From Callorhinchus milii (Eukaryota), in contig NW_024704742.1 of the NCBI RefSeq assembly GCF_018977255.1, positions 114,578,001 through 114,642,000 of the forward strand: 64,000 nucleotides of DNA, in the 5' to 3' direction. Shown here one piece after another: positions 26,100 to 40,400 of this stretch. Made by a program: the position numbers and the translations under genes. The notes beneath the pieces were generated by a model. The model worked only from the letters and a program-made list of their open reading frames with translations. It was not told where the DNA came from and ran no database searches. Positions within the stretch are counted from its first letter, which is position 1, and every line of letters begins with the position of its first letter.

Positions 26100-26545
26100 A
26101 AACAACAACAACAAAATTACATTTGTATAGGACCTTTCACATCGGGAGGATAACCCAAGGTGCTGGACAGAGTTTCGGACCCGAGCTGGGGATCGGGAAT
26201 GAGGAGGATGGAGGGCGGGGGGGAAGCAGGGAGATCGGAAGCATGGTCAAAGAGGAAGGTCTTGAGATGGGTCTTGAAGGAGGCAAGAGAGGGGGCGAGG
26301 CTGAGGAACTGCAGGATGGAGTTCCAGAGGGTGGGGGCAGAGGGGCAGAAGGCCCGCCCGCCAATGGTCAAGCAGGCGAGGTGGGGGACATGACTCAGGC
26401 CGGAGCCCATTGAGCGGAGGCAGTGGGCAGGCTGGTAGGTGGTTAGGAGGTCGCAGAGGTAGGGGGAGCAAGATCATGGAGGGCTTTGAAGGTGAGGACC
26501 AGGATCTTGAATTGTGTCCTCTGTGATGGGAAGCCAGTGGAGGAT
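26100..26545 (-). mobile_element. L2 LINE 3' fragment
   Basis: Reads IGGRAFCPSAPTLWNSI...FKTHLKTFLF; tail complement ACAACAACAAC. Confidence 0.85.
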
Positions 26546-27854
26546 GGGGTGATAGGCAAACTTCACAGTGCTTACATAACTCTCTGAACTGATGTCTAGT
26601 GTCTAGTAGGTACAAAAACATTTTAACTTTCAGCTTCTCATCTTTGTTGCTTATTGCAAGTTCCATACATAACCGTCTGGCATCACAATATTTCACAGTA
26701 AAATTAAAACCATTAAAAACCAAACATCCAGTTTGGGCAGGATGAGTACAACATTATCATGGCCTCGTAACCTGCTGAATTTTCTCTTTATCAGGAACAA
26801 TCAACTCAGACTAACCACCGCCTCATATCTTATCCTCTGAAAGGGGATAAGTCCTAAATGTTTGCCTCAACTCCTACTTTTTTTTAATCACACACAACTT
26901 TTCACAGAGGAGGTAGCCAATTTTCAGACCTTTGGGGCTTTTCTAATCTATAATGCAGTTATTTTAAAAAACAGATAATGCATCTTTGAAGCACAGCCTT
27001 TGTACATTTCTCAAAAATGACGAAATGCCCTGGATCCTCTCCCAGCCTTTTTGAATGTATAGACGCTGAAGAGCCTGGTAAAGTTGTCTACTCCAAGAAA
27101 AGGACAATTTATTACTTGTTACCTCCACACCTGATTCTGAAAATGATTGCAGAGTGACAGTGGCTCCACTGATGATGGCTTGATCCTTAGACCTGCTATA
27201 AATAGATATCTGTCAACTTTCAGTTCATTTTGCAGCCCAGAGGTTGAAATTTCTCATGACCGTAGGTTTAAGACCATTGCCTTTAAATTTAAGATTCTGC
27301 AGAATTTTGGAAATTTCTAAAGTGCAGTCTTAATTTGGAAATTGATTTATTCCACATTTCATATCATTAATTCCTAGTAAAGAAAGTAACACATCTTGTT
27401 CACAAAGACAGTGAATCCTTAAAGACCGATAATTATAGAGAATCTTAAAAATAAAACAAACACAGCTAGTGTAACAAAAGTTACAGTTCTCTGCCTCACT
27501 AAAAAGTATTTGCATGAAGACTTTCTCTTTAAAACCAAATTGAAGCAGCTTCCCTCCCAAAACACACAGTCAATCCAATTCACAGTATATCCTGTGAAGT
27601 ACTTTGGGATGTCTCGACAATGTAAAAAGTCTCTATCAAATGCAAGCAAATTATTGTATTATTATTTGTGTGGCTGTGGCAAATTGTAATTTACAAGGAA
27701 GGTTATATTTCTTTGAATTTATTTTGCCTCAACCCATTGTCTTTCCCCATTGTTGCCACATATGCAGATTATTTACTCTTTCACAAATATTTTAATTTCT
27801 ATGAAAGTCTGTTTTTCTCTTTGCAGTCTGTTTCCACTGCAGTGTCTGCCAAAC

Positions 27855-28268
27855 TCAGTTGGCAACACTCTCGCCTCTGTCTTAGAAGATTGTGGGTTCA
27901 AGCCTCGTGTCAACACTTTGAACACACATAGTCTAGCTAACACTTCAATGAAATGTTGGAGGTGCACTCCATTGCACGACAGGCCATACTTCAAATAAGA
28001 TGTTAAACGGATGTCCCATCTGCCTGATTATGTACATTAAAGATCCCTTCGCACTACTCAACAAAATAGAAGGGAGTCTCTCCCAGAGTCCTGGCCAATC
28101 CCCCAAATAAAATTAGTCATTCACTTCGTAGCTCTTTGTACGTAAATTGTCTGTTGTGTTCGCCTATAAAACAATCACTATGCTTTACAATAAATCCTGT
28201 GAATGCCTTGAGACATTCTCCTGATGTGAAAGGTACTATATCAAATACAAGGATTATTATTTATTATT
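27855..28268 (+). mobile_element. Older SacSINE1-like Deu-domain SINE
   Basis: CTCAGTTGGCAACACTCTCGCCTCTG...GGGTTCAAG head, Deu-like body and (TTA)n tail. Confidence 0.7.
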
Positions 28269-30302
28269 GAAAGCACTGAGGAACGACTGATCTGTATCAC
28301 TGAATTCACAAAGAATGGCCAGTAGTAGTAGCCAGTATCTTGCAGATCTTTAGATGTGTAGTGAGTTACATTTTTAAAATACTCTGCTCCTGTGAGCCTT
28401 GCTCATTTCAAAACAGGCATTTTCTAATGTGTGTGGAGGGACGTTCAAACTGAAGGTCGCCCTTTTACTTTTCTGAATCTTTTAAAAATTGCAAATCGCT
28501 GCAGAGTCAAATCGGGGCACTATTCAAATGTCATTATGTGGCCAGATTGTGTGCAGTGAAGATCCTGAAATTGTGCACCTTAACTTGGAGAATTAGGAGC
28601 TCTTACAATAAAGTGGAAGTAAAATGAAAGTCAATTTAACCATCCTGTAGCAAAACAAGAAATTATGGCTAATTACTGTAATAAATGCATGTCAAGAGTG
28701 AAACCACTGTCGACAGATGTTTTGCCATTATATTTCTAGGCAGCACAGTTGTATGACAGGCATGCATTCTTTCTTGCCCATTAGCTGGAAAGGGAGGACA
28801 GCTTTGTTTCTGATGTAATGGATTGTGAATTAGCCATTGATTCCTGTGAGCCACTGTTGTCCTGGAGTTATACCATAATTGGCTGATTACCACCATAAAG
28901 AGATGAGATATCCTGTATTGGAAGCAGTAATATTGCACCATGCCATTTGTTATAAAACTGCTATTGATCATTATGGTATATTGAAACGTATATGGGGGGG
29001 ACACATGACTGAGGCAGATCTGACATGACAGAAATTAACAAAGGGTAGAAGAATTCATACACCCAGAATTGATTCTTGCAATAGTGAGCTCTCTGGGACC
29101 TCAAGGTTTGTTTACAAAAATGAATTGATAAGTTCATTGATGGATTGATTTCACATCGAAGCAGGGTGAAGGTTTATATCAGTGATTCTACATACAGTCA
29201 TTTATTTAGTCACGGTCAGAAAGGGATGGAAATCTGACAAGCAGGCACAAAGGGAGAGAGCAAATACCAGAGAAAGTCTATCTGTGCTCTTGTTGTCATT
29301 TCCCATCCGTCTATTCCTTCCCCCCCCACCACCGGGTGCCCAGTCAACTACGTAAAGCACTTTGAGATTTTGTCCCAACGTGAAAGACGTTAAATAAATG
29401 TAAATTGTTGTTGTTGTATCATGCTCCTTAGAGCACTGGGTACAGGATGGTATTGAGTGAACTCTGGAAACAGTTACTTGTCTGTCCTATTGGTTCAGTA
29501 GTGGATAAGAAGAACAATTTTAATGGATGGGAAAACTAAAGGGCAATTTTTTTTATCAACAATTTTTTAAAAAATGTTTTAAACAAATACTATTGAATTA
29601 GAAATTCTCTGTACTTCCATATATTTCCTGGCTTGAATCCTGGCTTGTAATATATAGCCTGCTTCAGATGTATACAAATGAATTAGCCTTTCAGTAGTGC
29701 CATTCAGCAAGCTGTAGGTTATGTGGTTAAAGAGCCTTTCAGAGAGAAATGGCTGAAAGAATATTTGTCAGGAATTAAGGGGTACAAGTACTGGGCTATT
29801 GCATTTATAATACCAGTGTTGGATTTACACTAACTCCTAATGAGTTTGGAACTAGTGGGTGGGAAGGTTAGGAACACAATCAGGAAAAGCACAGTTTCTG
29901 CATTCAAATTCTCTATTTTTTAAGACTTGAAAATCCAGCTGCCTTCGTGCCGGTTAGAAAACAATTCTGAGTCACTAACTTTTAGAGATTCAGAATACCT
30001 CAGGCTGTAGGAACTGTACAGCTGTGCAGGCTAATCTTTTGTAATTTATTGCAATTGCCTTTGAAGCTGTTTTATTTATATAATACCTACATCAGTTCTC
30101 AATGGTCATACAAAATACATTCATGTTGCATTTTATTTCATTTTTAAAATATATATGGTACTGTTTTGTTTTAAAGTAATTAAAACCAATGACAGATGTG
30201 TTCCAAACTGGAGATTGGACTTTGGGCTATAATAACATAATGTACATAGATAGTGACATTGAAAAAAAGGCCCAACTTATATTTTATTTTTCTTCTCTTC
30301 AG

Positions 30303-30402
30303 AGATGTAAACTACATCACAAGCTGGCTCAGCATGGTGGGGCCAGTGGTGGGACTGGATTTGCCAACTAGCTATGCTACAGCCATGTCACAGTGCATCT
30401 GA
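30303..30402 (+). CDS. ATG10: ATG10 last coding exon including the stop codon
   Basis: Acceptor ctcttcag|A GAT..., ending in TGA. Translates (R)DVNYITSWLSMVGPVVGLDLPTSYATAMSQCI*, matching the ATG10 C-terminal motif NYITSWLSIVGPVVGL. The phase-2 junction fits 16294. Confidence 0.95.
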
Positions 30403-32580
30403 GGTCCTGACTTGAAAAGTGAGTAGGTCTGCACATTATCTTACTATGTCTATTTTCCACAATATATTTTCAGTTTAACAACGGAGTCTGAAAAGCTCTC
30501 TACTAGTGCGAGTGTGTGGGACTGATGAGATCTGGGGTTGGTGAGATGGTTTGGTGGATCTGCACATTGTACAGGGGTTTCCATAGAGAAAGATATGCCA
30601 TGTTGGAGATAGAGCACACTTAGACCCCAATGTCTGGAAAGAAACCAAAGAATTGGGTATTTCAGTTATCTACGTTCTACTAGCACCAGTCTAGGCTTGA
30701 TGGGCTGAATGGCCTCCTCTAACAAATACAGTTTAATTACAGAATAAACACTGTACCTGAATGACAATTTCACCTCTCTTTTTCTTCTGTGGACCTTTAT
30801 TCGGAATGGCTAATTAGCGTTATACCACTATTCCGAAATAATTGTTCCGATGATCATCCATCCTCAATGTGCATTAGCTGTTCAATCCTCCATTACAATA
30901 GTAAGCAAAATGTAAGTGCACCTTGGTATTGACAAGGATACTGTGAAGGGCAACTAGATTCATAGCTGGAAATAGGCACCTGATTTACGAGAGGCCACGG
31001 ACACTGGGAATGTCACAGTGGAGACCTTGTTGGCGTTTCCAAAATATGGATAAACTTGAGCCCTGAGCTCCTATGCTGTAGTTGATATGGTTTTATGAAT
31101 TATGACAGTATTTATACATAAAGGACAGGAAGGGTTGTGGCTGCACCAGAGAAGGAAGTGGGAGGGAAGTGGCAGCAACTCTAGAAAGGCAAATGTGGTG
31201 GATATGTGAGAATATAGCAACATTATGCAAGATATTAATGTATTCTAATACTTAGCAGGGATTGTCTGAAATTAATGGATGATTAGATAAACCAATAGTG
31301 CATGTGTTAATAACCCCTCATTTTATTTAAACATTAACACACATTATATCTACTCGTGCTTTGCCAAACCTTCGATTAAAAGCATTTTTTTTAAATTGTT
31401 TTTTGATGTATATTATGGCTGGATTAGCTTAAGCAAAATTCATATTCATTTCAAATATACCATATCTTGCATTCTTCACAATATTAGCGTAACTCGCATT
31501 TTGCACGATCGTTTATCCTGTGTCATTACAACAGGAATAATCACATAATGGAAGAAAAAAATTCAAGAAATGTTCCTCTTTTGTGTTCTATTGTAGCGAA
31601 TGGAGAAAATGGAGAGATGCAGAATCCAGTAGGTGTTTGTTGCTCAGCCACAGTCATCACCGAATTATCAGAAGCGTATCAATCTTTGACTATGCGGCAT
31701 CCATTAAGCAAATGAAGAAATAGGTGCTGTCGAGCATAGCTCTCAGCATTAGCTGCTTGTGCTCAGTACTCCTCACTTTGTGGTCGTCTCTTTCCGTGTT
31801 AGCAAAGAAAATGTATCTGTGTCGTGTGATGTATTACTGTATTGTTTTAAAATGTTAAAAAAATCAATGGTGTCTCAGCTGTAAGATATGTTGTTCAGAC
31901 AGTATGGCAGTGCAAGCTCATGCAGCCATTACTCAACATGTGAGCTAGAATGCAGAAGAATGAAAAGTAAGAGCACACATTTTTTTCCCCCCGAAATGAA
32001 CCAGAAAATGGCTAGCACACCCTCCTGATAAGGGATAAAAATAAAAATTGGCATGATATTAATTTGATCGTTTGAATATAAAGTTGACGACAACATACTG
32101 TGTTTGTTTGTAGTCAATTGAATAATGGCAAGATGTAACCATAGAAACAAACTTTCCTCTGCTTGTACAGTTCTCAAAAAAAAACTCGTACACTTGGACA
32201 GATGTGAACGTTGCTAAGGATACGTAGTTCTAGATTTGTTAGGGTTTGATTTTGAAGTGTTGTCACGGTGCCTGCAAATCTTTTAATGTTCAGGCAGAGA
32301 CTATACAAAAGGTATACATGGTAAACTCTGCCATACCATAAAAGCCTTTGCTGTAAGCCAGAAATCAGAATGGCTATACAAGGGAGCCCTCTTCAGGTCA
32401 AATCAGCTTGTTAGCGGGAACGCCAGCACTTTTTTTTAAATTGAAGTATGTAAGTGTATTCAATGCTATAATTGCAGTATGGGACATTTAACAAAATTAT
32501 TGCCTTTGACTGAAATATTCAGTGGGAATATTCTCCAAATTATTTGTTTTGTTTCAATACTCAGTATTTCCACACATTTG

Positions 32581-32920
32581 TGTCAGTTTGGCTCAGTGGT
32601 AGCACTTTTGCCTCTGAGTCAGAAGGTTGTGGGTTCATATCTCACCTTCGAGTTTGAACTCACATATTCTAAGCTGACACCAATGCAGTGTTGGTGGTGC
32701 CAATGTTCAGATGAGACGTTAAACCAAGGTGCCCTCTGCCTGTTCAGGTGGACATTAAAGATCCTGTGGCACTTTTCAAAAAGAGAAGGGAGTGTCTCCT
32801 GGTGTCTTGGCCAACAATCCACCAAATAAAATTGGTCACTCGTTTCATGGCTGTGTGTGTGTACAATTATGCTGCTACAAACAATCACTCCATTTCACAA
32901 TAAATCCTGTGAAGCGCTTT
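32581..32920 (+). mobile_element. Older SacSINE1-like Deu-domain SINE
   Basis: GGCTCAGTGGTAGCAC..GCCTCTGAGTCAGAAGGTTGTGGGTTCA head and GATGAGACGTTAAACC...GGTGGACATTAAAGATCC body. Confidence 0.75.
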
Positions 32921-34060
32921 TGAATTATTTAATTATTTTTGTTTACTTTGTTGGAATTTTGTTGAAGCATTCCATCATTGGCAGCTAGCTGCCTGGTTAA
33001 TGTCACCGCTATAATTATACCACTTCAATAAAGTATAAATAGGTCAAGGATGTATCTTTGTACAGCAAGTCTAAATTGACTTCCTTTATTAAAAAAACAC
33101 TGTTAAAGAAACCTATTAAATACTAAAAGACAATGAATTCCTTATTCAATGTACAAATGTTTAAAATCCTACAAAAGTGTTCCTTTTAGCTATTTGCGCC
33201 TTATCTTTTCCGCAAGCTTTTTGCAACAATGCAACATTAACTTTCACATTGATGAACATCAGAAGGCGCTTAGCAGATATAATAAAACACCAAGCAAGGA
33301 AAAAGGGAGAGGTAAGGATGGACCAAAAGCTCAATCAAAAGACATGTTTTACACAAAGGCATTCCAAGAGGAAGGAAGGCAAAATATTTGGGAAGATAGA
33401 TCCAGAGGACAGAAGTAACCAACAAATTACTCGTGCCATGCATTATTCACAAAAATATCTATGCAGTACATACTATGTGCACAAAAAAAAAGAGCCACTA
33501 TGAACATAATTTAACTCGGTTGTCAGCTAGGCCAAGTGTTACTCGTACACATGACAACAGAAAAATAATTGAGTGACTGTACAGGCTTCCTATCTCAAAC
33601 TTGTGCCACAAATCAATAATTTCTCTGTTACTTAAAGGCTCCGCAAAGACACGAGACTAACTCCTTTCAACTCCATCACCCATAGTTTCTGAAAGTGTCA
33701 CAGTGAAAATATGGTTACTAAATGACAACTTCCACTCTCTCTTGTTTGGACCTTTAATTGTAATATCTGATCAGTGTTGCTGCACTATTCTGAATTCATT
33801 GTTACAATGATCATCCATGCCCTTTTAACATTAGCTGTTCAATTCTTCCATCGGAACAATAAGTACAAAGTATTTTGGCATTAATGAGAATACAGTAAAG
33901 GGCAGCTATAGATTCATAGCTGGAATTAGGTACCTGATTTACAAGGGGCCACAGACCCTGGGAATGTTCACACTGAAGACCTGGTTGATATTTTCAAAAT
34001 GTGGATAAACTGAGCCCTGATAGTAATCCTTGCATTTAATGTAGCACCTAATGTGCCACA

Positions 34061-34375
34061 TGGATTTCTGAATTTCAGTGGTTAGACCAATCATCTTGCA
34101 AGCGAGAGACCTGGGTTCGATTCCCGGCAGGGCAAAACCATAGACAAATTTCCTTACTCTACACACCTAATAATAATACCTCAAGAAAAAAACAATAATA
34201 AATTGGTCACTTCAATCCACAACTGTTTGTGTGACACTGCTGTGCGCAATTGGCTGCCGCATTTCGCCCACAAATATACAGTCAATTCACTTTACAGTAT
34301 ATTCTGTGAAGCGCTTTGAGACGTCTAGAAAACGTGAAAAGCGCTATATCAAATACAAGGATTATTATTATTATA
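34061..34375 (+). mobile_element. tRNA-derived SINE, diverged copy of the 1448 family
   Basis: CAGTGGTTAGACC..TTGCAAGCGAGAGACCTGGGTTCGATTCCC head, with the same core and tail. Confidence 0.85.
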
Positions 34376-35234
34376 ACGTTCAAACATCTCAAACTGCTTG
34401 ACAAGTATTTTCTGTCAGGTATAGTTATTGTATATTTGTAAATATGATAGTGATTTCCTACCCGAACAAACAGACTAAACCTCAGTAAATGTCTCTTCCA
34501 TAGTTGCACTGAGTGTCAAGCCGACTGACGTGGGACTTGAACCCACGATCTCTGACTCTGATGTGATACTGTTACCAACAGAGCCAAGCTGACACATGTT
34601 ATATTTCAACATTGCATTTCAGAAGATGGAAGATAAATGGTCAGCTTAGATTTGATAATTATTGGTGGTGAATTTGTAGATTGGGGATTTGAAGGCAAAT
34701 TGTTTCATCAGATTGAGGAGAGAATTAGGTACAAATTTGGGGTAAAATTCACAGGAGCAATAGGGTAGTGTAACATCTGAGTTTATTATCAGCCCAGTGG
34801 ATAGCAATCGTCACTTCCATTCTATACCGTCCTGTGTTCCTGTTTTCAAAGGATCCACCCATGTTTAACTAGCTGTTAAGTGGTTTATTTTCGCCTTGAT
34901 CACACTTTATCCAATTTACAAACCTTTTCAAACATTTTCCACAGTATACATTTCATGACATCTGGTATTGACAATCTACAAGTTAAAAGTAGTATGAAAT
35001 ACGTTCAGAGGAAGAAAACCCTTCAGACCATTTGATGTCAAAATTATTTCTTAAATGAATCCAGAGCACGAAGACTTCTTGCATTTGTATAGTGCTATTC
35101 ATGCGGGATAGCTTCTTGTAGCGCTTAACAGCGACAGAGCTTGATGCCGAACTGGGAGACGGGAGATGACTGTCGGCATAGCCAAAGAGGAGGCTCTTCA
35201 GATGTAATTTGAAGACGGGCAAGGTGGAGGGATT

Positions 35235-35465
35235 GAGGCAGAACACTGTACAGTCCTCCAAATATGACCTAACCAAGGTTTTATATAACATGACTTCCCT
35301 ACCATATACTCTATTCCTCCAACCATAAAGCCAAGGACTTTATTTGCATTCTTTATAATCGTGTTCACCTTTGCTGCTAGTTTTACAGTCCTGTGAATCT
35401 GAAGATTTCTTTGTTCCTTTACCCCTCTTAGGTTCTTACCATCCAAGGTATAGTTTTTCTCCCTC
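35235..35465 (-). mobile_element. CR1 ORF2 fragment
   Basis: Reads YTLDGKNLRGVKEQRNL...KNANKVLGF...LYKTLVRSYLEDC. Confidence 0.7.
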
Positions 35466-35550
35466 AATCTTAAAATTCTGAAACTTTAAATTCCAAAAAC
35501 AGTGTTCTGGGAACTGGTCTCAGACTGCTTGAGATTGAATCTTTTTTATT

Positions 35551-35945
35551 TGGTCAGCCAGGTGTCTGACACACATGAGTACCCAGCTCCGTGCTTAATG
35601 GTATCCAAACAAAATTGCTGAGAGCTCCACGTATGCATGGAAATCTGTTTGTTTGGAATGGAGTGCACACTTTCTCCCTGGTGTGATTCACCTTGCTCAC
35701 CTAATCCCGGAAAGTATCAGACGCAGGTTGGCAGGAACCAAGGCTTGGGGACCACAGAGTGTGCATTGCTTAAGCTTAAACTGCACAGTTTGCTGTTTAC
35801 TGAATACAGCAGATTAAGGTCTTAAAAACTCCATATGCAAATGATCCAGGAACATCCTTATATTTTTGGAGGCCAGCCAGGTATCTGACCCACGTGGGAA
35901 CCCATGACCATACTTTAGAGTCTCCAAACCAAACTGAGAAGAACA
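35551..35945 (+). repeat. Two copies of the unclassified inverted-arm repeat family
   Basis: GGTCAGCCAGGTGTCTGACACACATG at 35552 and GCCAGCCAGGTATCTGACCCACGTGGGAACCC at ~35872. 35551-35722 resembles the reverse complement of 62200-62382. Confidence 0.6.
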
Positions 35946-37405
35946 TAAAGATTGAAACATGAAAAGTCAGTTTGAGAATTGAGCCTGATCCCTGCAGAAA
36001 ACGTGAACAACTTACTACTTCATGTTCTCTGTTCAGCCCACTCAAAATTAGCATTGACAAGCAACATCTTCAAGAAGATAAAAGAACTATAAAATGTTAA
36101 CATTTATCATCCATAGAGATATTAGAGCAAAACCCTAGGGTAGTAATCCAAATCTACAACCCATACTATCATATTTGAGTAATTGTATTATAATAATAAT
36201 CCTTGAATACAATGTTAGTTTGATACAATGTTTTAACACGTCATTGAGTCATATTAAGTGTAGTGACTGTATTTTGTAGGCAAACATAATAGCCAATCTG
36301 TGTACAGGAATGTCCCACAAATAGCCATGACATGAATAATCAATTTACATGGCAACGGGAGAAACTCCCTTTCAAGTAGTACCATGGGATCTTTACCATC
36401 CACTTGAAAGGCAGAGGTGGCCTCAACTTAATGCCTCATCTGAATGGCAGATCTCTGATATTTATACAATTATACTTGGGAATAACAGCCAGTGGTTGGA
36501 TAAACCTGCATTGCCACCAGCCAACCAGAGGTTTTGGAATAAGTCAAGGACAGGTCCTTATTGTTTAACAAACATTACAGCAACAACTTTTGATTATATA
36601 ACATCCTTTAAATTGGTCACTTCAATCCACGACTGTTTGTGGGACGCTGCTGTACGCAATTGGCTGCCGCGTTTCGTCCACAAAATATACCGTCAATTCA
36701 CTCTACAGTATATTCTGTGAAATGTTTTGAGACATCTCAAAGACATGATAAGGCACTATATCAAATGGAAGGATTATTTGTGTAAGATAAAGCTCAGAGT
36801 GCTTCATGTCAACAGAAACGGACACTAAAATCGTGAGCACCAAGATTTATAATTCAAATCACTGTCACCACCTTGCTTTAAACTCTCTGCAAACTTTGAA
36901 TTCTTGAAACTAACAGCCAAGTTAATAAGTTGATTATTAATTCACAATAACAAAATTGGCCAGTTATGTTTTGCCTCTCACAGACAAGACTCATGTACCT
37001 TATTGCAAAATAAACATACATTGTTTTTGCTATTTCCCAGTGATCATTAATTGGTCACCAGTCAATAAACTGGATGTGATTATGAAGCAACAGAAACTTT
37101 TTAATCTTAATTTTAATCTTTTCGCGGGGGCTACTCAGATATCACAGGCGGACCACCCATAACATAAACACTTGATATGACATCTGCTGCCGGCACATAA
37201 AGACCTTATGTACATTCTAACGGTATCTAAAAGCTGATACCCTGTCATCATTTCAACCATTAAATTGCTTGTTCAGGTAAACGTTTTATAACCTATTCAA
37301 ATTTAATTCTTGCGATTTATGAAATCACCTGAGTCCCAAAATAAGATGTTTATGACCTTGCTATTACTGCCAATTGGTCATTCATTATTCTGTACATGAA
37401 AATTT

Positions 37406-40400
37406 TATAGATTCATAAAATGTTGCGGCACAGAAGGAGGCCATTCGGCCCACCGAGTCTGTGCCGGCTCTTTGACAGAGCAAGTCACTTTCACTAAGCT
37501 TTCTCCCCATAACCCTGCAAACCTGTCTTCCCCAGATACCTATCCAGTTCTCTCTTAAAAGCCGTTATTGAATCAGACTTCATTACCCTTTCAGGCAGAT
37601 CATTCCAAATTCGAACATCTCGCTGAGTGAAAAAAATTCTTCTAACCTTCCCTCTGCCTCTTTTGGTAGATATCTTAAGACTGTGACCACAGGTCACAGA
37701 CACACCTACCAGCGGAAACAGCTTTTCCTTATCTAGCCTGTCGAAACCTTTCATGATCTTGAAGACCTCTATCAGGTCCCTGCGTAACCTTCTCTGCTCT
37801 AATGGGAAAAGTCCTAACTTCTCCAGCCTGTCCTCATAGCTAAGGTTCCCCATTCCTGGTATCATTCTCGTGAATCTCCTCTGCACCCTTTCCAGTGCCT
37901 TAATGTCCTTCCTGAAGTAAGGTGCCCAGAACTGGACGCAGTACTCCAGCTGAGGCCTAACCAGTGTTTTGTATAGATTAACCATAACCTCCCTACTCTT
38001 ATACTCTATGCCCCTACTAATAAAGCTCAGTACACCAAATGCCTTTTTTACTGCCTTATCTACCTGCCCCGCTACCTTTAATGATTTGCTTACTTGAACA
38101 CCCAGATCTCTCTGTACGTTCACCCCCCTTAAGATTGAGCTACCAAGTCTATATTGCCTCCTATCATTTTTCCTACCTAAGTGTATCACCTCACACTTAT
38201 CCACATTGAAATCCATCTGCCACATGTCAGCCCATTCCACCATTCTGTGTATGTCTGCTTGCAGTTGGTTACAGTCCTCCTCACTATTTACTACCCTACC
38301 TAACTTTGTATCATCTGCAAACTTGGAAATAGTGCTCTCTATGCCCAAGTCCAGATCATTAATATATATTAGAAAGAGCAGTGGTCCCAATACCGATCCC
38401 TGGGGGACACCGCTGCACACCTCCTTCCATTTCGAGAAACACCCATTAACCACCACCCTCTGCTTTCTGTCACTCAGCCAGTTCTTAATCCAAACTGCCA
38501 CTGTCCCCTTAATACCGTGGGCCTCTAATTTTTTATTAATCTCTTATGCGGTACTGTGTCAAAAGCCTTTTTGAAATCCATGTAAATAACATCCACCGCA
38601 TTTCCCTCATCAACCCTCGCAGTCACCTCTTCAAAAAATTCTATTAGATTTGTTAGGCAAGATTTGCCTTTAACAAATCCATGTTGGCTGTCTCTAATTA
38701 CCTCATGTTCCTCTAAGTAGAGATTTATTCTGTCCCGGATTATGGTCTCCAGTAGTTTTCCTATTACCGAAGTTAGGCTGACTGGCCTGTAATTTCCGGG
38801 TTTGTCTTTCTGCCCCTTTTTGTAGAGGGGGTAACATTAGCCACTCTCCAGTCTCTTGGCACCACTCCTGTGTCCAATGAAGATTGAAATATAATGGCCA
38901 AAGCCTCCGCTATTTGAACCCGTATCTCCCACAGCAACCTTGGGTGAAACCCATCTGGTCCTGGTGACTTATCAATTTTGAGCCCAGTCAATCTTTTCAG
39001 AACTTCCTCTCTGTCTATAGTAATCTGATCTATTTCCTCTACCCTCTCATCCAATACTGCGGCATTTGGGGCATCCATTTCCGTTGTGAAGACAGATGCA
39101 AAGTACTCGTTCAGTACATCAGCCATGCCCTCTGCCTCCACAACAAGATTGCCGTCATTGTCTTTGATTGGCCCCACCCTACCTTTAACTAACCTTTTTT
39201 CCTTTATGTGCTTGTAAAATATTTTAGGATTCCCCTTTATGTTACCCGCTAACCTCTTCTCATGCGATCTTTTCATCTGTCTTATCACTCTTTTAAGATC
39301 ACTCCTGTATTCTCTATAATGCGCTTTGCTATCCTCAGTATCTTGCGGCTTCCGATTGTCGTACGCCATCTTCTTCTTTTTCATCCTAGACAGAATATCC
39401 CTGGTCATCCAGGCTGGCTTGGTTGTCGCACATTTCCCTTTTATGGGAATATATCTATTTAGACCTTGAGCTATCATATCTTTGAAGATCTCCCATTGCT
39501 CATGAGTCGTTTTACCTGCTAGTCTTACTTGCCAGTCCACCAACTCTAAAGCCCTTTTTAACCCATCAAAATTAGTCCTTTTCCAGTCAAGCATTTTCAC
39601 CCTTGACTCTACTTTGTCCCTGTTCATGAGTAATCTAAATCTAATAATATTATGGTCACTGTTACCTAGATGCTCCCCTAACGAAACCTCTTCAACCTGA
39701 CCTATTTCATTCCCGAGGACTAGATCCAGCAATGCTTCCTTCCTCGTAGGACTGGAGATATACTGCTCAAGAAAATTTTCCTGCACACAGTTTATGAATC
39801 TTTCTCCTGCCTTGCCCTTAGCTCTGCTATTTTGCCAGTCTATATTGGAATAATTGAAATCCCCCATTATCACAACTCTGTTCGCCTTACATCTATCCGC
39901 GATCTGGTTGCAGATCTGCTCCTCTATCTCCTTCCTGCTGTCTTTTGGTCTATAGTAAACCCCTATTTGTGGAGTCTAGTAGCTCAGTGGTTAGAGCACT
40001 CGCTTTGCAAGTGAGAGACCTGAGTTCAATTCCAGGCAGGGCGAAACCTTGAGCAAGTTTCCTTACTCCACATGCCTGATAATAATCCCTCCAAAAAAAC
40101 AAAACAATAATAAATTGGTCATTTTCAATCTACGACTGTTTGTGGGACATTGCTGTGCGCAATTGGCTGCCGCGTTCGCCCACAAATATACAGTCAATTC
40201 ACTTTACAGTATGTTCTGTGAAGCGCTTTGGGACGTCCTCCTGACGTGAAAAGCGCTATATCAAATGCAAGGATTATTATTATTATTATTATCAGTGTAA
40301 CCACTCCTTTCTTATTTCTTATCTCTAACCAGATGGATTCTGTTGTCGGGCCCTCCAGAGCCTTGTTCCTTTCTACAGCTATAATTGTATCCTTAACTAA

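Noticed and set aside
28669..29004. ORF with CPPFPANGQERM, faintly like an integrase motif
   Set aside because: No other integrase motifs are nearby; likely chance.
37494..38501. 335-aa RT ORF as a possible domesticated gene
   Set aside because: It is part of a CR1 copy with upstream frameshifts, a SINE insertion and an intact LINE 3' UTR.
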